A program made the position numbers and the translations under genes. A DNA stretch of 64,000 bases from Asterias rubens (lineage: Eukaryota): positions 248,001-312,000 of the forward strand of contig NC_047062.1 in assembly GCF_902459465.1 (NCBI RefSeq), in the 5' to 3' direction. Positions 37,586 to 47,740 of this stretch are shown one piece after another (position 1 is the first letter of the stretch; every line of letters begins with the position of its first letter). The notes beneath the pieces were generated by a model that made no database searches, was not told the DNA's origin, and worked only from the letters and a program-made list of their open reading frames with translations.

Positions 37586-40500
37586 AATGTATATCTAAAA
37601 ACATGAAAATGACATAATGATAGGCATGTCTAGTTTTTTGTAGTTGTATTTTTTGTTTGCCCCTACCTATAATAACGGTTGTCGAACTGCCGCCCTGTTA
37701 TATTTGTCCAGCACCTCCGAATATGTTTGGTCATAGCAAGATGGGACTCTACAAATTAATTGTATTTTTATTATTAATAATTATTTAGAAGAAAATTCCT
37801 AGAATTTGTATTTAAAAAAATATGATGATGGCAACATTACATTGAGCGTTCAATATCAGCGACATATACTTGTTGTCCTGATTATATATAGCTTTGGTGA
37901 AATCTATGAGTCGCCGATTGCCAACCGATCTGCAAGCCCAAGTTCTCTGGATTTGGAGCGAATGGATCTTCGAGAATGCCGGTGTGCTGATGTTCTAAAC
38001 ACGGTGTACCCTCAGCTAGTGCGTCATTGGAGAGCAGCCTGCTATACAGTCAAAACTGTTCATTTCCTATCTGAGGCTGGTAGTGCTGCAGTAACCACTG
38101 GCAACCATTTGCAGGTTGCATTTTGTTTATCATTCTACTACTCGTTTAATAATCAAGCATCGTTTAATCACAAATTCTTGCTTCTAATTATTAGAAGGCC
38201 TACATCACTCTGTAAAGCGGGCCAAAAAATTCTCTGCGCAACAAATTAATATGATTAGAACTCCATGAAAGAGGACTGCAGTTGTTGTTAACCTCGGAGG
38301 AGTACAGACAAAGAGTCTGGGATATTTTATTGTGTATGTGACTTGAGTTTATAGTCATAAAGCTTATATGCATTATAACGATGTATGCTCATTCATCATT
38401 AAGTGTGATATTGGTTTAACTTCAGGCTCTTTCCTACCTACATGAAGCTACCAGCATGATTAAGGATGTCGATAGTGGTCACAATCCTTTGGCAGACGAT
38501 CCAGCAACAGCTGTGACAATTGACAGGCAAGAGCGCGCCAAAATACAAAGTACAATGGGTCAAGTAAGTTTGATACGGCTATTTAATAATTGCAACTCGT
38601 TAATAACCCACTATAGTCAACCACTCTGTATACATGATGTCGTAAGATTACAATGATTAAATATATCAGGGCTCAAGTTTCACAAGTTAATTTTGGTATA
38701 TTTCATTTTCGCCCAAGTGACAAAACAGTGACATCATTGTTGTTTAAGGCCGTACGATTTGAATTGTTTCCAGTTGAAATTTGTATATAAATGTTATAAA
38801 TTGTTATGCCTATAATGCGGAACACTTATTTGACTAACAGGCTTTGTTTAAAATGGGCCGCTTAGACGAGTCCATGCCCCACTTCAACCAGGCCCTTAAA
38901 CTCCTTGGCAACAGGCAGCCGTCTTCCAGAGCAGGAGCTCACTTTAAATTGTTGATAGAGGGCGTACGTCAACTCTTTCACGTTTGGTTTCCGGAACGGG
39001 CCATCGGAAACGCCTCGTAAGTGATTAAAATTTGACTTAATTATAATAGAATTTGTAGCTGTTAACAAGGTATTCCTTATTTATTTATAAAACATCAAGT
39101 TTTCCCCCAAAACAGCCTAAGAATTATATTTTTATCGTTTATATTATAGGGGTCTGGTTTAAACACATAACCTTGACAGCCCCTGTCTGTCCATGGTCTG
39201 TCTAACTTGTAAAGCTATAGATTTAAAATAAAATAAATACAATAAAATAAGTAGGTCTAGTAGAAGATAATTTAACAGTGGATCACAGCATTACTCGTCA
39301 ATTGTTCATTCCTCCATCAGTAAGCGCATCCAGTATATTGAGCAAGCACGGTGCCTATCTAACATGTGGCATTCTTACAATCGTCAACAAGACAGTCTAC
39401 GGTGTCTTCTAGCTGCCACACAGCAGGTTAATCTAGCAGAGAAGGCCGATGAAGATTTGCACGAGGTAGACACTAGTACCTGCTATCATTGGTGTTTGTA
39501 GGTCACTGTACATGTTGGACCAAAATTATCTTTCAAACAGTTTTGATTAAATAATAAAACAAGTGGTTTTTTTTTTAATTGTGTGTTGCAATAATTAATA
39601 CAAGTTGTCTCTTGATAAACTTTGATATTCGTTAACCTTGAAAACTTTATTTCTACCGTGGCAGTTTTTAGAAACTAATCCAAACTTGTTTTATTCCTAG
39701 CTAATAAGCGCCTACAATAACATCATTGCTTCTTGTCAGATGAGAAAGTGGATAAGTACGGGCGATCACTACGAACAAGTTGCGATGAAAAGGTACAAAT
39801 TTACAGACGGGTTGCAAATGACGTCATTGACCGCCATCTTTGACAAACAATGGCACTGTGCAGCGTGTACACGGGCTGCTCGTGTTTCATAATAGCGGCC
39901 AGTTACTTTTATGGTGACTTAATTTACGGCAGTTATATAGACATGATAGCTTCTCCAATGTACAGACAAACAGATCGAAGACCAAGGAACAGGAACGGAC
40001 GGCATCTGGAGGTCGGACATATTGAACAAAGACGTAGACAAAAATATGCAAAAGAGGAAAATTTCTGAGTAACCCTGTGAGATTTTAGGGTGGCTGTCTA
40101 ATCTAATTACTTTGACTGTTTCAGATGCATCGATTCACCAGTTGGCGTTGGTCCTGATGACCTCATTACCATAGGTCAACTTTACAAAGAAAGTATGAGA
40201 GTTCGTCTTGGTAATGGTCGGATACAAGGCGCTCTAGACACGGGTTGGTTATTATACTCACTACGCATACATGGGTTTAAACAAGAAAACAAACATTTGA
40301 CTCCACATGTTGTTTTAACATAAAGCAAGTAGTTCAGTTTTGTTTAATCAAAGAGTCGTATGCAAAGTTCATGTTCTCTGACATTTTCAGCAAATTAATA
40401 ACAACCAATTTAAACGTCGCTTTTATTTTATTTCCAGATAAACTGAAATCTCAAAACGGTCATAAAGTTTAATATAATTTCTGTATAGGATATAGTGCAC

Positions 40501-43500
40501 TGAAGATAACGGAGAAGATTCACGATATTGATCTTCAAATGCAGACACTACCACTGCTCGCACATGCATTGCTGCTAGATGGAAGGTAAACAACTTTCTA
40601 ACGTTTACCGATAGTTTAAAGAGTCAAGAAGCCAATCGATAAGCCATTTCATGTGCTAACCATCTTTGACATGTTCCCTACAGTAACTTGCAGTAACAGC
40701 ACCAAATTCAAACTCTGGTGTTTCTAATCAGCAGTGTGTGGGTTCGAATCCCCGGCCGTGACACTTGTGTTCTCAAGCAAGACACTTGGCTTCGTCCATG
40801 GCTTCGTCCCATGGCTTCGTCCTTCCATCGCTTCATCCTTCGGATGGGACGTAAAGCCGTTGGTCCCATGTGTTTTGCAACGTATGTAAAAGAAGAACCC
40901 AATGCACTTGTCGAAAAGAGAAGGGATTCGCCCCGTTGCTCTTGGCTGATGTGGCTGCTAAATGCACCGTACACCTTGTAAACCCTTAAGGTGCTAAATA
41001 ATCGGATCTCAGACTTCCTATAACTTTCAATAACCTCTCTTTCTGTATAAAAATGCATACACTAAGCGTAACCTGTTGGTAGATACATGTTTTAAAACAT
41101 AAGACTTTGGTATTGGTATTATCAATTCTGTTATTATTGTTAAATGAGGCTTTCAAGACGATATCAAAGGGGGGGGGGGTTACAATACTGATGTCGTGAA
41201 GAAATGTAAATAATTTATCATATTATATGACCAGTGCAGTACTACATCTTGCTAGCTTTGTACACATGGAGTTCACACGGTTAGAACATGGAAATTTGGT
41301 CTGCCGTCTTTTTGTGTCTTCAGTAAAGTTTACTCAGCAAATAGACCAACGTTGATTTAATTTTGATAATGACTTTCAACGATTGATTTGATTGTCGCCA
41401 TAGGATAGCGCAGTGTGTAGAGATGTTGGGGAAGCTTTCATACGCAGCCATGGAGGAAGAAGATGCACAGGCACGAGCAGCGTATTACTATGGATGTTTG
41501 GATCTCATATTAGAAGCAGGTATTTCAACATCAACAACTTTAGACCAACCATTGTCCTTTAGCAATCTAGAAAATATGACATTTTAATACAGCAAGTATG
41601 GCAGGGTTAATGACTTTGATTGAATTGAACTGTCGCGTTTAACGTTTTTGTTTTGTTTATAAGCAGGAAGCTAATATTTTAACAAAAGTAACGATTCGAA
41701 TATGAAGTTTCAAAACCGTACCCATCTATTTCTACCTCCAAGGTAGGTCTATGTATGCAAAGCTCCCTTGGAATTATTAGACCCATCTAAGGACTGCCAC
41801 AGCTGCCAACATAAGCATCTTGCAATGAAGAGAGATAAAATAGATTTACAATCAACATAACGGGGAAAACGTTTCCAAAGAGAGATATATTCATCAAAAC
41901 ATTGAGAGATTGGCTTATTTTAAGGAAACATTCTTCTGTCGAATCAGTGAGATATCAGTTCTTATATTTATGTAGGCCTATAGTTTCTTATTTATAAAGA
42001 GTCACGTCGTGTTTAGGGCTACTAGAGTCAGTCTAAATTGAAACTATACCCGTTCAATCTACTTTGTCATCAGGTTTTGCGCTTGAAAGTCACCAGTCTT
42101 GTGTAGATTTTGCTACCATGGTAACTGCAGACTCTTCATATTCTGTTGATACTACACCACGATACTATCTTACAGCGTGCTTGGCACTGTGGTAAGTTAA
42201 GCCTTTTATAACCTTTAGCCAAAGTATAGTGTCAATGAGAATCATTCTTAATTCTTTAAGTCAATTAAATAACTTAACTTAACTTAAATTAACTTAAATG
42301 CATTAATAAAGCGCTTTGACACTGTTTCAAAGCGCTGTACAGTGAAGAAAAACATAAACGGGAGTAAACGGGAATTTCAAGGCTCTTAAAGTATTCCCTG
42401 TTTGAGGAGTTGGAACAAGGGAATCAATGTGTGGTGGAGAGGAGTTAGAACAAGGGAATCAATGTGTGGTGGAGAGGAGTTAGAACAAGGGAATCAATGT
42501 GTGGTGGAGAGGAGTTGGAACAAGGGAATCAATGTGTGGTGGAGAGGAGTTGGAACAAGGGAATCAATGTGTGGTGGAGAGGAGTTACTAAAACAAGGGA
42601 ATCAATGTGTGGTGGAGAGGAGTTAGAACAAGGGAATCAATGTGTGGTGGAGAGGAGTTAGAACAAGGGAATCAATGTGTGGTGGAGAGGAGTTAGAACA
42701 AGGGAATCAATGTGTGGTGGAGAGGAGTTAGAACAAGGGAATCAATGTGTGGTGGAGAGGAGTTACTAAAACAAGGGAATCAATGTGTGGTGGAGAGGAG
42801 TTAGAACAAGGGAATCAATGTGTGGTGGAGAGGAGTTAGAACAAGGGAATCAATGTGTGGTGGAGAGGAGTTAGAACAAGGGAATCAATGTGTGGTGGAG
42901 AGGAGTTAGAACAAGGGAATCAATGTGTGGTGGAGAGGAGTTAGAACAAGGGAATCAATGTGTGGTGGAGAGGAGTTAGAACAAGGGAATCAATGTGTGG
43001 TGGAGAGGAGTTAGAACAAGGGAATCAATGTGTGGTGGAGAGGAGTTAGAACAAGGGAATCAATGTGTGGTGGAGAGGAGTTAGAACAAGGGAATCAACG
43101 TGTGGTGGAGAGGAGTTAGAACAAGGGAATCAATGTGTGGTGGAGAGGAGTTAGAACAAGGGAATCAACGTGTGGTGGAGAGGAGTTAGAACAAGGGAAT
43201 CAATGTGTGGTGGAGAGGAGTTAGAACAAGGGAATCAATGTGTGGTGGAGAGGAGTTACTAAAACAAGGGAATCAATGTGTGGTGGAGAGGAGTTAGAAC
43301 AAGGGAATCAATGTGTGGTGGAGAGGAGTTAGAACAAGGGAATCAATGTGTGGTGGAGAGGAGTTAGAACAAGGGAATCAATGTGTGGTGGAGAGGAGTT
43401 ACTAAAACAAGGGAATCAATGTGTGGTGGAGAGGAGTTAGAACAAGGGAATCAATGTGTGGTGGAGAGGAGTTAGAACAAGGGAATCAATGTGTGGTGGA

Positions 43501-46500
43501 GAGGAGTTAGAACAAGGGAATCAATGTGTGGTGGAGAGGAGTTAGAACAAGGGAATCAATGTGTGGTGGAGAGGAGTTAGAACAAGGGAATCAATGTGTG
43601 GTGGAGAGGAGTTAGAACAAGGGAATCAATATGTGGTGGAGAGGAGTTGGAACAAAGGAATCAATGTGTGGTGGAGAGGAGTTGGAACAAGGGAATCAAT
43701 GTGTGGTGGAGAGGAGTTAGAACAAGGGAATCAATGTGTGGTGGAGAGGTTTTCAACTAGTTGTTTAAACCGGCGCCGAGGCCTGGACTTGATCAATTTA
43801 CCGAGACGAAGTCGAGGCATTAACCATGTACAAAACAACGCGATTTTCCCTCATTTTTGCCAACCAAAATGTTGGTGCGCACGCGCTGTGTGCAATTGAC
43901 ATATTTCATGGGAAGGGTCTATTCGAAATTGGATTTCCCGTTCATACGTCGCCAAAATAAAAACAAATACGCATTAAGTTTGCAAGGATTTGTTATTAAA
44001 TAAAATGCATTCCGTCCTAATCTCCACGATAATTTTCGTACGTTCTTTCCATAATATCACTGTCCTTTTTACATCTATGTGTTCTTTCAAGCTTGTTTTA
44101 CTCAAATTTTGAAAAAGAAGCACATTTTTCATCTTTTCGTATCAGTTTCTACCATAGAGCTATATGTGTAGATCGCTAACTTGCTCTGCGTTTTGAAGCC
44201 ACCCTAGGCGCAGACATGTTTGATGTGTTGCGTGAATTCGGAACGATTTTAATTTTAATAGAACACACATTGCATCGATTTTTTAATATTCGGCGTGTGC
44301 GCTTAACGTACGCGACTGCCCAATCGCGAACGTCCCCGCTACGAAAACCGTAACTTCGACTTGATTGCATAGAGCTATATATATTGACTAGAGCGCTAAC
44401 ACCCCGTTATACACGCACTAAGGTTTTGAAGCCGTGTGGGCGCATCCATGTTTATGTACAAACCAATACAAAAGCTTGAAATTTTGTACGGCAATTTGTA
44501 CGGCTATTTGCATGATAGTGCGTCTGTTCTTTTTTATGTGCCATCGAAGCAAAAAATGCAGTAAATGTGAACGCACAATCTGCTGATCAGCGCACAAACT
44601 GCGAGCGTCATGTGCGTCATGATTAAAAGGCGCGTTTACTTTTTTTTAGTACGGCAATCAAGTCGAAGTTACGGTTTTCATAGCGCGGACGTACGCGAGT
44701 GGACAGCTGCGTACGTATGCGCACACGCCGAATGTAAAATGATCGCGGCAAAGTGTGTTCTCTTAAAATTCCGAATTCACGCAACACACCAAACATGTCT
44801 GCGCCCAGGGTGGCTTCAAAACGCAGAGCAAGTTAGCGCTCTAGTCAATATATATAGCTCTATGCTTGATTGACGTACTTAAAAAAAAATGACGCACCCC
44901 AGTCAGCCGTTGTTCTTGACCGAGCCAATAGGAATATAATGAAGAAAATGTCTTATAAGCACAGGTGCAATTGCAAGCGCGCGTGTCAACACTTTTTACT
45001 GGTGTTATACGCCTCTCTCTTAAAGCCATTATACACTTTCGGTAAACAGTATTGTCCAAGTCCCACACTTCGTGTATCACAACTTATATATAAAACAACA
45101 AACCTGTGAAAGATTAGGCTCAATCGGTCATCGGAGTCGGGAGAAAATAACGGGAAAACCCACTCTTGTTTCCGCGCGTTTCGCCGCGTCATGACATGTG
45201 TTTAAAATAAATCCGTAATTCTCGCTAACGAGAATTTATGTTGTTTTACCGTTTTTTCAAAAAGTAAAGCATTTCATGGAACAATATTTTTTTAAGAGAA
45301 GTCTTTCACCATTACCTTCTGTAAACCCTGTAAATTATTTGTAAATCTGTGAATTTTGTTGTCTGTACCGAAAGGGTCCAATGGCTTTAATATTTATGCA
45401 TGACGTCAAAACTCTTACCCAAAATGAGGCTATGGGTGCGCGTCCCCCATCACTTGCAGTGGCCGTGCTCATCGCATTGCGACGTACCTCATTCATAAAT
45501 ATTAAGAAAGGCGTATATCATCCGCCAACCCCTTGTGATGCCCTCTCGACCAAGAATCAGTCCATTTTTATTTACATTAATACATGAGTGCGTTAACCAG
45601 AACCTGAAATATGACCCAAACTTCAAGATGCCAAATCACGGTTTCTTAACAAATATTACTGAGACCATTATAAGATTACTCTAAACCTGACTGATGTGAC
45701 TGCATCCGAAATTGCAGCAAAACCACTAAACATTGCACCTTGAAGCACCTGGTATAGCATCCTGAACGTTAACAACGCAGCAAATTTAATTAGGTAAAGA
45801 GCAGTCGAAAGTAGTGAATTTTAAAAACCTAATAAGATACAAGGTATCAAAAGATTTTTGTTTTCAATTTCCACTTCATTGTCCCAGGAATTGATGAGCA
45901 TTCTGTGTCAAGAAACAAAAACAATTCGCTTTACTGAGTTTTCTGTCCAGTTTCAGGATGAGCCAGTCATTTAATTTGTTTTTTTTTCATCATAAGGTAC
46001 ATGCGCAAAGACCGTGTAGATCTCGGTAAGCAGTGGCTAGCAACATGTGAAGAGGCTGCACCATCAAGTCGTCTGCCAAATATGACGACCGTCAGAGCAG
46101 AGTTTAAGATATTAGAATGCCGACTTCTGGCTTACTATCGTGCCCTTAAAGCTAAGAGGGACACCGCGAGGGTTAAGACCCCCGTAAAGAAGGTAAAGTA
46201 GACTCTCTTTTGTTGTTGAATGTCTCACTGTAGAGTCGGGCACGAATCATTATTAATTCTATATAGAAATAGTCAAAACTTAAATTCTAATTTGGGAATA
46301 ATTGTGAACGTGCAGATGCTGAAGAAACTGAAGAAACACACCTCACGATTCCCGGGTTTATTGCCACGTTATCTCCATATGACAGCCTACATGCACAAAC
46401 TCAACGGCTCAGATAGCAATGCTAGATCCGACCTGTTGAATTGTATTCAAACCAGCCTGAAGAATGGCAATCGTAATGAGGCATCATGGGCTGAGCATAG

Positions 46501-46642
46501 TCAGTCTGTATGGTTTGATCCTACCCACCCAATGACTCAAGACGAATTCTGGCAAAGATCTACTGAGGAAGATCTGGACTGGCATGTGGCAAGTACATTG
46601 GAACCAGATATCATTAAATTTACATTACCTTTACCGAAATAG
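17047..46642 (+). CDS. ADCY10: Soluble adenylyl cyclase type 10 (sAC), about 34 exons, about 1786 aa
   Basis: Phase-consistent GT-AG exons: 17047-17053 (inferred), 18810-18920, 19668-19814, 21419-21562, 22005-22213, 22456-22564, 22956-23039, 23169-23251, 26991-27147, 27286-27317, 27478-27596, 27930-28006, 28392-28575, 28688-28740, 29385-29550, 30499-30691, 30875-30961, 31259-31539, 31679-31916 (donor uncertain), 34170-34344, 34473-35138, 36484-36525, 36736-36985, 37892-38114, 38426-38563, 38841-39016, 39321-39465, 39701-39792, 40125-40243, 40489-40585, 41404-41519, 42074-42191, 45997-46192, 46316-46642. The sum is 5361 nt. sAC motifs seen: FADISGFT, ILKFAGDA, MFDKG, HEYTVIGRKVNMAARLM, DYPLLGR, and the P-loop GQAGIGKT. 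Confidence 0.93.
17362..18018 (-). mobile_element. 3' end of a non-LTR retrotransposon with a restriction-like endonuclease (REL; R2/R4/NeSL-type), pseudogenised; 5' part lost in the assembly gap
   Basis: HIVSECSKMAQTEYKGRHDKLA...WDFNIQTDHVIQHRRPDVVL...IDIAVPGD...EKIEKYQDL gives a zinc-knuckle remnant, RHD and PD-(D/E)xK motifs. There is an in-frame TGA at 17645-17647 and the natural stop at ~17477. An (AAT)n-like tail lies at ~17365-17392. Confidence 0.9.
18019..18787. other. Assembly gap (769 N)
   Basis: Run of N. Confidence 1.
18810..22213 (+). CDS. ADCY10: ADCY10 catalytic domain C1 exons (four exons)
   Basis: LATHVPDL...FDGVLMFADISGFTALTE...GAEKLSAALNSYIGEIVENI...GDILKFAGDAFLALW...LRVKLGVSIG...HYVLSGQAVDD aligns with human sAC C1. 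Both metal-binding Asp residues are present. Confidence 0.95.
19000..19480. mobile_element. Family A TTAA-target MITE: two adjacent partly deleted copies
   Basis: TIR-like AAGACTCTGGGCACTATTGGTAATT / AATTACCAATAGTATCCAGTTCCTTTA. The body is shared with 20614-20983, 47673-50236 and 62720-63075. Confidence 0.75.
20442..20515 (-). tRNA. tRNA-Arg(TCT)-like sequence, probably a pseudogene, antisense in an ADCY10 intron
   Basis: The minus strand GTCACTGTGGCGCAATGGATCCGCGCGTTGGACTTCTTATTCAAAGGTTCTGGGTTCGAATCTCGGCGGAGATG folds as a cloverleaf with anticodon TCT, A and B boxes, and a downstream T7 run. It has T at position 37 and several G-U or mismatched stem pairs. Confidence 0.65.
20614..20983. 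mobile_element. Family A-related MITE flanked by TTAA (Kolobok-like)
   Basis: TTAA|AGGGAAGGTACACGTTTGGTAATT ... AATTACCAACAGTGTACCTTCCCT|TTAA. Confidence 0.8.
23335..26655 (+). mobile_element. Degenerate tyrosine-recombinase (DIRS-order, Ngaro/DIRS-like) retrotransposon relic with internal duplications
   Basis: Gag-like ERRRTIKIADCS/ASWADVRE (~23880-24030), a CCHC knuckle CYNCRMQGHWSRE* (24603-24651), and two RT remnants of type PLSVA..KKRLILDLSRLNKFVQK...GYHHIEI (~25020-25250 and ~25685-25890). Direct repeats A (23335-23578, 24281-24524) and B (24163-24283, 26516-26655). Confidence 0.7.
26991..28740 (+). CDS. ADCY10: ADCY10 catalytic domain C2 exons (six exons, including a 32-nt exon)
   Basis: YLSEMRQVSIVFINL...FQGCLNKVFMFDKGCTFLAIFGLPG...ASIGVTTGSTFCGVIGHIHRHEYTVIGRKVNMAARLMMHY...ELPHKEMKGV...DYPLLG. 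Confidence 0.95.
28726..29190. repeat. 31-bp tandem repeat, 15 copies, spanning the 3' end of an ADCY10 exon and its donor site
   Basis: Unit TTATCCACTTCTTG|GTAAGAAACTCTGCTT(A/G). Donor positions recur every 31 nt from 28741 to 29175. Confidence 0.96.
29385..31916 (+). CDS. ADCY10: ADCY10 STAND-type P-loop NTPase region exons
   Basis: Walker A VFDGQAGIGKT (exon 29385-29550), Walker B-like VIFAVDDAHFID (exon 31259-31539), then ILQKKSHGIASWCEQL. Confidence 0.88.
30003..30440. mobile_element. Head-to-head inverted repeat element with ~118-bp arms and hammerhead-like remnants (Penelope pLTR-like)
   Basis: 30003-30121 is the reverse complement of 30323-30440. The centre contains GATGACTAGAGCAAGCTAGTCGAAACGTTGAG. 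Confidence 0.7.
32202..33387. mobile_element. 1186-bp non-autonomous DNA transposon with ~34-bp TIRs and 8-bp TSD (P or hAT superfamily)
   Basis: TIR CATTGATCTCCATTATACTGACTGGATAG(A/G)ACAT at both ends. TSD TTCCCAAC at 32194-32201 and 33388-33395. No transposase ORF. Confidence 0.9.
34170..46642 (+). CDS. ADCY10: ADCY10 C-terminal helical/TPR-like region exons
   Basis: IPDSMTGMMLARIDHMKPSEQMLVKCAAVLG, FMQETAYGLFLSEQRRKLHRQAAEYLE and CRCADVLNTVYPQLVRHW match the ADCY10 C-terminal pattern. Fifteen phase-consistent exons end at TAG 46640-46642. Confidence 0.85.
35215..37435. repeat. Three local copies of a ~150-220-bp dispersed repeat (about 35215-35420, 35670-35820 and 37250-37435)
   Basis: Shared TTGTTAAATTGAATGATTATTTTGTTAAAT...GACCCTTTTCAGTAGCATTCGATTTCGCGCGAAATAGAA...GCTCATTTGCCGAA. 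Confidence 0.75.
36087..36456. mobile_element. Family B TTAA-target MITE (Kolobok-like)
   Basis: TIR AAGCCATTGGACCCTTTCGGT / ACCGAAAGGGTCCAATGGCTTTAA. Inverted copies lie at 45020-45390 and 46906-47210. Confidence 0.85.
40700..41075 (+). mobile_element. tRNA-derived SINE
   Basis: B box GGGTTCGAATCCCCGG, followed by GACACTTGTGT..AGCAAGACACTT and the conserved body TCGGATGGGACGTAAAGCCGTTGGTCCC. The head is related to 60830-61075. Confidence 0.7.
42402..43749. repeat. 35-bp purine-rich minisatellite, ~38 copies with occasional 38-bp variants, in an ADCY10 intron
   Basis: Unit AGAACAAGGGAATCAATGTGTGGTGGAGAGGAGTT, with the variant ...GAGTTACTAAAACAAGG. Confidence 0.98.
44368..44864. mobile_element. 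497-bp MITE with 33-bp TIR and 8-bp TSD, inserted into an older copy of its own family (which starts at 44153)
   Basis: TIR CATAGAGCTATATATATTGACTAGAGCGCTAAC. TSD CTTGATTG at 44360-44367 and 44865-44872. Confidence 0.88.
45020..45390. mobile_element. Family B TTAA-target MITE
   Basis: Reverse-complement copy of 36087-36456, with TTAA at both ends. Confidence 0.85.
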
Positions 46643-46905
46643 ATTGGAAATATACTTCGGTACCTTCACGTGACGTCATTAAATGCGATTGAGTATGATT
46701 CTCTAAATGTTTACAAAGGAATATAGTATAAATGCAGTAATTTAGACTAGTTACTTATAGTAACAAAACAATAACTTGAAATTTAGCAAAATGAGCTTAC
46801 CCAAAAATTATATTCTACGGTAACAATTATTGTATTCTAAGTAGTTTAGTTGTGTGTTGGGCCTGATCATATTGCACAGAATGTGCAACCATCTTGCACA
46901 GAATG

Positions 46906-47210
46906 TTAAAGCCGTTATATACTTTCGGTAAACAGTATTGTCCAAGTCCCACAGTTGTGTATCACAACTAATATATAAAATAACAAACCTGTGAAAATTT
47001 AGGCTCAATCGGTCATCGGAGTCGGGAGAAAATAACGGGAAAACCCACTCTTGTTTCCGCACGTTTCGCCGTGTCATGACATGTGTTTAAAAAAATCCGT
47101 AATTCTCGCTATCGAGAATTGATATTGTTTAATGTTTTCTCAAAAAGTTATTTGTAAATCTGTTAATTTGTTCTCTTCTTTTCTGTACCGAAAGTGTATA
47201 ATGGCTTTAA
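46906..47210. mobile_element. Family B TTAA-target MITE, internally deleted
   Basis: TTAAAGCCGTTATATACTTTCGGTAAAC ... CCGAAAGTGTATAATGGCTTTAA. The body matches 45020-45390. Confidence 0.82.
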
Positions 47211-47740
47211 GCAAGTGAGGAAGTTATAATACGCATACACAAACAAGACCGGGGAAAATATATTGTTGGCAAGTTCGTTCAGATTATTTATATTTGTCAT
47301 TTATTCCTTAATTCATTGAATGATTTAAACAAACACCAAATTACAGTGAATATATATTGTTTTGTATATAATATATTACTATTGTTTGTTTTTCTTAGCT
47401 ATGGTTCTACTTATTGTTTTTTTTTTCTTGTGGCCTTTAGTGTTCATAAGGTTTCATGTGATCCTTAGTGTTTATAACTTCCATGGTTCATGGGGTCCTT
47501 TTCATACTATTGACTTGATGGTTCATGGGGTCCTTAGTGATCCTGAGGTACATAGTACATGATGTTCATGACGTACGTATAATATGGGCGTTCTTTGTGT
47601 TCATGAGGAACACGGTAAGTGACAATGGCTTCAAAACTAAACACTGTTTTTAAAATAGTCTGAGCAAGATCTTCAAAGACACTGGACACTATTGGTAATT
47701 GTCAAAGATCAGTCTTCTCACTTAGTGTATCTCAACATAT

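Noticed and set aside
40735-40765. GGTTCGAATCCC motifs (also at ~60840) as tRNA genes
   Set aside because: There is no cloverleaf. They are B boxes of SINE heads.
42402-43899. ORFs of type WWRGVRTRESMCGGEELEQGNQ
   Set aside because: They are translations of the 35-bp repeat, whose period is not a multiple of three.
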